A stretch of 15,902 bases of DNA from an uncultured Gemmatimonadota bacterium (lineage in GTDB: Bacteria > SM23-81), in contig CAZOYL010000057.1 of NCBI GenBank assembly GCA_964584035.1, positions 1 through 15,902 of the forward strand, read 5' to 3'. Shown piece by piece: positions 6,621 through 12,370 of the stretch (its first letter is position 1; each line of letters opens with the position of its first letter). The translations under genes were made by a program, and so were the position numbers. Below the pieces are notes generated by a model, which saw only the letters and a program-made list of their open reading frames with translations, was not told the DNA's origin and searched no databases.

Positions 6621-8996
6621 CTCGAGAGTGAAACTGAACGAGTCGGCCGGAGGCACCCCTCCGGCCAGGGTGAACACGGCCGAGGTGTCCGTTTCCACCC
6701 GGCAGGCCTGGCCAAAGGTGATGGCGAAGTTGCCCATGGGCACCGGCACGGTGGTGTAGTGGGTGTAGGTCTGGGCGGTGGGGTTCCATCCGCTGACGGT
6801 CAGGCAGTTGACCGCCGGGCTGCTGTGAGCCTCGATGGCCGCCTCCAGGTCGCTGGCCATGGTCAGGCTGGTGTCGTCCAGGGCCAGGGCCAGCCAGGCG
6901 TAGTCGGTGCCGGTGGTGGCGGCCAGGTCCCAGTCGATTTCGCCGACACGATTGGACCCTTCCGACTCGTTGTCGCTGCCGTCTACGGCCGTGATCTGAT
7001 AGAACAGGTTAACGGCCGGGTCGCCGATGCGGCCATCTGAGTGCTGATAGCTCGGACCGGAGGTGGTGTCCAGCAGGGTGCCCGGTCCCGGGGTGAACCA
7101 GGCGGCTGTGTCGCCGTAGATCCGGTAATGGATCGGTCCGGTCTCCGGAGAGGCGTCCACGCCCTGGGTGACCGGGTCCCAGGACAGCTGCAGGCTCCCT
7201 TTGAGGGGGCCTTTGGTGCCGGGGGAGATGTTCAGGCTGGCAGCCGCCGGGGTGATATCGTCCACCGAGTAACCGCTGTCTGCAGCCGAGTCCCATGAGA
7301 ATGCCGAATCGGCGACGAGAGACCTGATGCGGTAGACCATGCAGGGGATTCCCCCGGAGGATGAGTCCTCCAGGCTGGGGGCGCGGTAGGTGTAGAGCGA
7401 ATCCTGCTGGGCTTCGATCGAGTCGATCAGGGTCCAGCCGCCGTTTTTTGATTGGGAACGAACGTCATTCCGGCGCCAGACAGAATACCAGGTCAGCTCG
7501 TCCAGGGGGTCGATGTCCAGATGGCTGCGCTTCCACATGATGTCCACCTGCTGGCCCTGATCTGCGGGCACGTCCTCGATCGATATGATCCTGGCCGCCG
7601 GGCCCAGCCAGCCGTCGGCATCGATCTTCTGGGCGTAGAGGTCATTACCGTTAGTGGCCGTCGAGCGGTAATCCTCCCAGACGATGATCGTGCCGCCCCG
7701 GCCGTCGTGAGTCATCTGCTGATTCAGCTGATGAAATCCGGCCGTGCAGGCCGCCGCGCCGTTCAGGGGCCATTGGATCTGGCCGCCGGGATCGATCCGC
7801 TGGGCGTAGATGTCGGTGGAATCGCCGTCGCGATAGTCCCGCCAGGATAGGGTCGCCCCGCCGGTCCCATCTCCGATGATCCGCGAATCGAACTGGGAGT
7901 ATGGCGCGGTGCAGATCGGCAGACCGTTGGCCGTCCACAGGGCCTGGCCGCTGGAGTCCACCCGCTGAGCATAGATATTGTAGCCGCCCGCGCGGTTGTC
8001 CTCCCAGACGATGTACGCCCCACCGCTGTCATCGGCCGCGATCCGCGGTTCCATCTGAACCTGCTGAGCTGTGCATACGCCGATCCCGTCGGCCGTCCAC
8101 CGGGCCGTCCCTCCGGCCCCGATCCGCTGGGCGAAGATATCGATGATGTTGCTCCGCCGATCCTCCCAGACGATGATCGCCCCCCCGTGTCCGTCTCCGA
8201 CCAGCAAGGGTTCTTCCTGGGTGGTGTCGGTGGTGCAGACGGCCACCCCGTCGGCCGGCCAGAGGGTGTCCCCGTCGGCGTCGATCCGCTGGGCGTAGAT
8301 GTCGTCGCCGGAGGTCGAATCATTGCGCATATCCTCCCAGACGATGATCGCTCCCCCGCTGCCGTCGGCCGTGATTTGCGGGTAGGCCTGTGGCTTACCC
8401 TCCAGACAGACCGGCAGGCCGCCTGGCGGCCAGAGGGTATCCCCGTCGGCATCGAAGCGCTGGGCATAGATATCCTCCTGGCCGGCGATGCGGCGCTCGT
8501 GCCAGGTGACGATGGCGCCTCCGGCTCCGTCGCTGACGATCTGCGGCGCCCATTGATAATGGGTCAGGTAAATAGCCTTGGCGCCGTCGGTGGTCCACAG
8601 GGCGGTGCCGCTGCTGTCGATCCGCTGGGCATAGACACCGGTCCCGCCCGTACGATAATCCGACCAGGTGATGAGAGCGCCTCCGGTCCCGTCGGCGCAC
8701 ATCTGGAGGTATCCCTGGTTCTGATCGGCGGCGCAGACGGCTACCCCGTCCGGCGTCCACAGGATCTGCCCGCCGGCGTCGATCCGCTGGGCATAGATGT
8801 CGATGGTGCCGCCGCTGACATGTTTATAATAGGCGATGATGGCGCCCCCGGCTCCGTCGGAGACTATCTGTGGCGTGGTCTGATGGTCCGGGGCTGTGAT
8901 GATGGGGGTGTTCACCCCGGGATCATCGGACCAGTAGGCGGAGGCGGAGGAGGAAAACAGCAAGATGGCGGCGAGACTAAAAGCGGGGATTTTCAC
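6318..8996 (-). CDS. Secreted repeat protein, paralog A (8 DIYAQR repeats + beta-sandwich/FN3-like domains + two 100-aa C-terminal repeats)
   Basis: 892 aa; GTG start with SD AAGGAG; signal peptide ending SASA; eight W..DG..VC....Q..PQI..DG.GGAII.WED.R..DIYAQRID..G repeats; DVPADQG domain; LQLSW...FYQITAVDGSDNES; TTGTDY.W repeat twice. Confidence 0.9.
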   Translation of the reverse strand: MKIPAFSLAAILLFSSSASAYWSDDPGVNTPIITAPDHQTTPQIVSDGAGGAIIAYYKHVSGGTIDIYAQRIDAGGQILWTPDGVAVCAADQNQGYLQMCADGTGGALITWSDYRTGGTGVYAQRIDSSGTALWTTDGAKAIYLTHYQWAPQIVSDGAGGAIVTWHERRIAGQEDIYAQRFDADGDTLWPPGGLPVCLEGKPQAYPQITADGSGGAIIVWEDMRNDSTSGDDIYAQRIDADGDTLWPADGVAVCTTDTTQEEPLLVGDGHGGAIIVWEDRRSNIIDIFAQRIGAGGTARWTADGIGVCTAQQVQMEPRIAADDSGGAYIVWEDNRAGGYNIYAQRVDSSGQALWTANGLPICTAPYSQFDSRIIGDGTGGATLSWRDYRDGDSTDIYAQRIDPGGQIQWPLNGAAACTAGFHQLNQQMTHDGRGGTIIVWEDYRSTATNGNDLYAQKIDADGWLGPAARIISIEDVPADQGQQVDIMWKRSHLDIDPLDELTWYSVWRRNDVRSQSKNGGWTLIDSIEAQQDSLYTYRAPSLEDSSSGGIPCMVYRIRSLVADSAFSWDSAADSGYSVDDITPAAASLNISPGTKGPLKGSLQLSWDPVTQGVDASPETGPIHYRIYGDTAAWFTPGPGTLLDTTSGPSYQHSDGRIGDPAVNLFYQITAVDGSDNESEGSNRVGEIDWDLAATTGTDYAWLALALDDTSLTMASDLEAAIEAHSSPAVNCLTVSGWNPTAQTYTHYTTVPVPMGNFAITFGQACRVETDTSAVFTLAGGVPPADSFSFTLETTTGTDYTWISLPLELSALTMASDLEAHIEAHSDPATDCLTISQWNPTAQAYTHYTTVPVPMGDFAIAPGRPYRVEVTAGAVWPYTGKELKEFQRVLHTR

Positions 8997-9044
8997 TAGG
9001 GTCTCCTTAACCCGTTCTCACAAACTGTTACACTACGCAATGGT

Positions 9045-9390
9045 CTCACCGGGTGCGCCGTCTCAACAGGAGCAGTCTCGATTCCTCCTCATCGGGTGTG
9101 CAGGACCCTCTGGAACTCTTTCAGCCCCTTGCCGGCATAGGGCCAGACGGCCCCGGCGGTAACCTCCACCCGGTAGGGCCGGCCCGGGGCGATGGCGAAA
9201 TCGCCCATCGGAACCGGCACGGTGGTGTAATGGGTGTAGGCCTGGGCGGTGGGGTTCCACTGGCTGATGGTCAGACAATCGGTGGCCGGGTCGCTGTGGG
9301 CCTCGATGTGAGCCTCCAGATCGCTGGCCATGGTCAGAGCGGACAGCTCCAGAGGCAGCGACAGCCAGGTGTAGTCGGTGCCGGTGGTGG
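9045..9390 (-). repeat. Near-identical 3' module, copy B
   Basis: Matches 6274-6620, including about 45 bp of sequence beyond the stop codon. Confidence 0.92.
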
Positions 9391-11866
9391 CGTGAAGCTG
9401 GAAGCTGAGCGAGCCGGCCGCCGGTACCCCGCCGGTCAGGGTGAAGACGGCTCCGGCGGTGACCTCCACCCGGCAGGGCAGTCCCGGCATCAGGGCGAAG
9501 TCGCCCATGGGGATGGGCACGGTGGTGTAATGGGTGTAGGTCTGGGCGGTGGGGTTCCACTGGCTGACGGTCAGGCAGTTGGTTGCCGGCGAGGAGTGGG
9601 CCTCGATGGCGCTCTCCAGGTCGCTGGCCATGGCCAGGGCGGTATCGTCCAGGGCCAGGGCCATCCAGGCGTAGTCAGTGCCGGTGGTGGCGGCCAGGTC
9701 CCAGTCATACTCGCCGGTGCGGTTGGAGCCTTCCGACTCGTTGCCGCTGCCGTCGGTGACCACGATCTGGTAGAACAGGTTGGCCGCCGGGTCGCCGATG
9801 CGGCCGTCGCTGTGGGCGTAGGTCAGGTCCTGGGTGGTGGTCAGCAGGTTGCCCGGAGCGGGAGTGAAGAAGGCCGCCGTGTCGCCGTAAAGGTGATAGA
9901 GAATCGGTCCGGTCTCCGGGGAGCCGTCGGTGCCGGCGGTGACCTGTTCCCAGGACAGCTGCAGGCTGCCCCTGGCGCCATCCTTGGTCCCCTGGGCCAA
10001 GCTCAGCACCGTCGGCGCCGGCCCGACATTATCCACCGAGTAGCCGCTGTCGGGAGCCGAGTCATAGAAGATGTGGGGGTCGGCCGTGTGAGCCGAGACC
10101 ATGAAGGTGAAATAGGGTGTTCCGGCGCCCGAGGAATCGGCCAGGGTGGGGGCGAAGAAAGTGTAATTTCCCAGATAATGCGCATCGATCGTGTCGATGA
10201 ACTGCCAGGATTCCTTGACCGTCCCGCCGTCCGGAAGTTTTCTTTCCACCAGACGGTAGACAAGAACACCCCGGTCTTCCGGCCGGGGCAACCGGCCGGC
10301 CCAGGGGTGGCCCCGGGATCCGTCCTTGATGCCGGAGGGATACCTGCGCCAGATGGAATACTCGGTGATGCCCTGGAACTGGGCGTCGTCCAGATAGCTG
10401 CGGTCCCATTGGATTGCCACCTGGCGGCCCTGGTCGCCGGGAACGTCGGCCGCCGAGGAGATCCGGGGGGGTGGATCGAAATTCACCTTCTGGGTATAAA
10501 TATCCCATTCCGAAAAACTCAATCGATTGTCCTCCCAGGCGACGATGACCTCGGGGAAATCACCGGCCGATGCGATGCAAGGATTGGATTGGTTGTTCAG
10601 AGCGGTGCACAGGGGGATCCCGTCGGCCGGCATCAGCGTGTTGCCATCAGCGTCGACCCTCTGAGCGTAAATATCGTATTTTCGATCGGTGCGGTAATCC
10701 TGCCAGGTGATGATGGCCCCTCCGGAGCCATCATTTACCAGCTGCATAGCCCATTGATCTTTCGGTGCTGTACAGATAGGCGCACCGTTGGAACTCCAGA
10801 GCATATTGCCATTGGCATCGACTCGCTGGGCGTAGATATCCCAGTCCGTTCCGCTGCGGGAATCCGTCCAGGCGATGATGGCCCCGCCCTGGCCGTCGTT
10901 GATGATCTGCGGAAGGGTTTGGTTTCCTTCGGCGGTACAGATCGCATATCCATAGGTACTCCACAGTCGGGCTCCCTCGGGGTCGACTCGCTGGGCATAA
11001 ATATCGTCATAACTGCCGTTGCGGTGGTCGGTCCAGACGATGAAAGCGCCTTCCGGATCGGCAACGATCTGGGGATTTGACTGAGCTTCACCATAGTTAC
11101 AGACAGCCGTTCCATCGGCAGGCCAGAGCGTGTCGCCGTCGGCATCGATCCGTTGAGCATAAATATCGGTATTCCCGCCGCGGTAGTCCTGCCAGGCGAT
11201 AATCGCCCCGCCGGAGCCGTCGGCGGCGATCACCGGATACACCTGAGAGAATGAATCGGTGCAGACCGCTTCGCCCTGATAGGTCCACTGGGAAATACCG
11301 TTGGCGTTGAACCGCTGGGCATAGATATCCCAGCTAAAGAAGTCGCGGAGATCCTCCCAGACGATGATGACCCCGCCCTCTCCGTCGGCGATCATCTGGG
11401 GGCTGCTTTGGTCCATGGTGTCGTCAATGACGGGTACGCCATGGCCCCACCAGAGGGTGTCGCCGTCACTGTCGACCCTCTGGATATAGATATCGTCATT
11501 GAAATTCCGCTCATCCATCCAGGCGATGATGGCCCCGCTGCTGTCGTCGGTCACGATCTGAATGGCGGACTGGTCCAGGTACTCTATAGAGATGGGCACG
11601 CCACCGGCCGGCCACAGGGTGTCGCCGTCGGCGTTGATTCGCTGGGCGTAGATATCTCTGCCCATCAGGTTGCGAGTGTCCTCCCAAACGATGACGGCCC
11701 CGCCCATCCCGTCCGCAACGATCTTGGGTCCCGCCTGAAGATCGGGAACATCGCAAACCGGTGCGCCATCGTGCATCCACAGGATCTGGCCTGCGGCGAT
11801 GCTCGTCCAGCCTGGGATTACCAGCACCATCAGGATCAAGGCGACTGCAAATCGATAAGATTTCAA
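9089..11866 (-). CDS. Secreted repeat protein, paralog B
   Basis: 925 aa; TTG start with SD AAAGGAG; signal peptide; same domain order as paralogs A and C; ends LKEFQRVLHTR. Confidence 0.9.
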   Translation of the reverse strand: MKSYRFAVALILMVLVIPGWTSIAAGQILWMHDGAPVCDVPDLQAGPKIVADGMGGAVIVWEDTRNLMGRDIYAQRINADGDTLWPAGGVPISIEYLDQSAIQIVTDDSSGAIIAWMDERNFNDDIYIQRVDSDGDTLWWGHGVPVIDDTMDQSSPQMIADGEGGVIIVWEDLRDFFSWDIYAQRFNANGISQWTYQGEAVCTDSFSQVYPVIAADGSGGAIIAWQDYRGGNTDIYAQRIDADGDTLWPADGTAVCNYGEAQSNPQIVADPEGAFIVWTDHRNGSYDDIYAQRVDPEGARLWSTYGYAICTAEGNQTLPQIINDGQGGAIIAWTDSRSGTDWDIYAQRVDANGNMLWSSNGAPICTAPKDQWAMQLVNDGSGGAIITWQDYRTDRKYDIYAQRVDADGNTLMPADGIPLCTALNNQSNPCIASAGDFPEVIVAWEDNRLSFSEWDIYTQKVNFDPPPRISSAADVPGDQGRQVAIQWDRSYLDDAQFQGITEYSIWRRYPSGIKDGSRGHPWAGRLPRPEDRGVLVYRLVERKLPDGGTVKESWQFIDTIDAHYLGNYTFFAPTLADSSGAGTPYFTFMVSAHTADPHIFYDSAPDSGYSVDNVGPAPTVLSLAQGTKDGARGSLQLSWEQVTAGTDGSPETGPILYHLYGDTAAFFTPAPGNLLTTTQDLTYAHSDGRIGDPAANLFYQIVVTDGSGNESEGSNRTGEYDWDLAATTGTDYAWMALALDDTALAMASDLESAIEAHSSPATNCLTVSQWNPTAQTYTHYTTVPIPMGDFALMPGLPCRVEVTAGAVFTLTGGVPAAGSLSFQLHATTGTDYTWLSLPLELSALTMASDLEAHIEAHSDPATDCLTISQWNPTAQAYTHYTTVPVPMGDFAIAPGRPYRVEVTAGAVWPYAGKGLKEFQRVLHTR

Positions 11867-11940
11867 TGATCTCTCCTTTCGGATGATATCTACCGGGTTA
11901 ATGGGGTCCTTTCTTTATACAGTACAATATCTTGTGTTAA

Positions 11941-11969
11941 AGTGTACGTTACATACTCCAGTTTGTCAA
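11941..11969 (-). promoter_or_regulatory. Sigma70 promoter of paralog B (probably a B-A transcript)
   Basis: TTGACA (11969-11964), 17 bp spacer, TACACT (11946-11941). Confidence 0.7.
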
Positions 11970-11970
11970 G

Positions 11971-12041
11971 AAAAAAAGGCGGGCCCGGAGGCCCGCCTTC
12001 TCTGATGTGTCAGGAAAAAAGGCGGGCCCGGAGGCCCGCCT
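11971..12041 (-). terminator. Tandem duplicated intrinsic terminators after paralog C
   Basis: Two copies of minus-strand GGCGGGCC-TCCG-GGCCCGCC-T6/T7 at 12015-12040 and 11971-11997. Confidence 0.9.
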
Positions 12042-12067
12042 GCTCATTTCGATCCCTATGGAACGGC

Positions 12068-12370
12068 TCAGCGGGTGTGCAGGACCCGCTGGAACTCTTT
12101 CAGCTCCTTGCCGGCATAGGGCCAGACGGCCCCGGCGGTGACCTCCACCCGGTAGGGCCGGCCCGGGGCGATGGCGAAATCGCCCATCGGAACCGGCACG
12201 GTGGTGTAATGGGTGTAGGCCTGGGCGGTGGGGTTCCACTGGCTGATGGTCAGACAATCGGTGGCCGGGTCGCTGTGGGCCTCGATATGGGCCTCCAGAT
12301 CGCTGGCCATGATCAGGGCGTCTAGCTCCAGGGGCAGCGACAGCCAGGTGTAGTCGGTGCCGGTGGTGGT
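12068..12370 (-). repeat. Near-identical 3' module, copy C
   Basis: 12068-12286 matches 6318-6536 with one mismatch; similarity stops at the stop codon. Confidence 0.92.

Noticed and set aside
11964..12041. Mini CRISPR array (two ~35-bp palindromic repeats)
   Set aside because: Only two copies separated by about 9 bp, each a hairpin plus T-tract right after a stop codon; no cas genes.
6318..12370. Diversity-generating retroelement (TR/VR pair) as the explanation for the near-identical 3' repeats
   Set aside because: All copies are in-frame gene ends, mismatches are few and not adenine-specific, and no reverse transcriptase or avd gene is present in the window.
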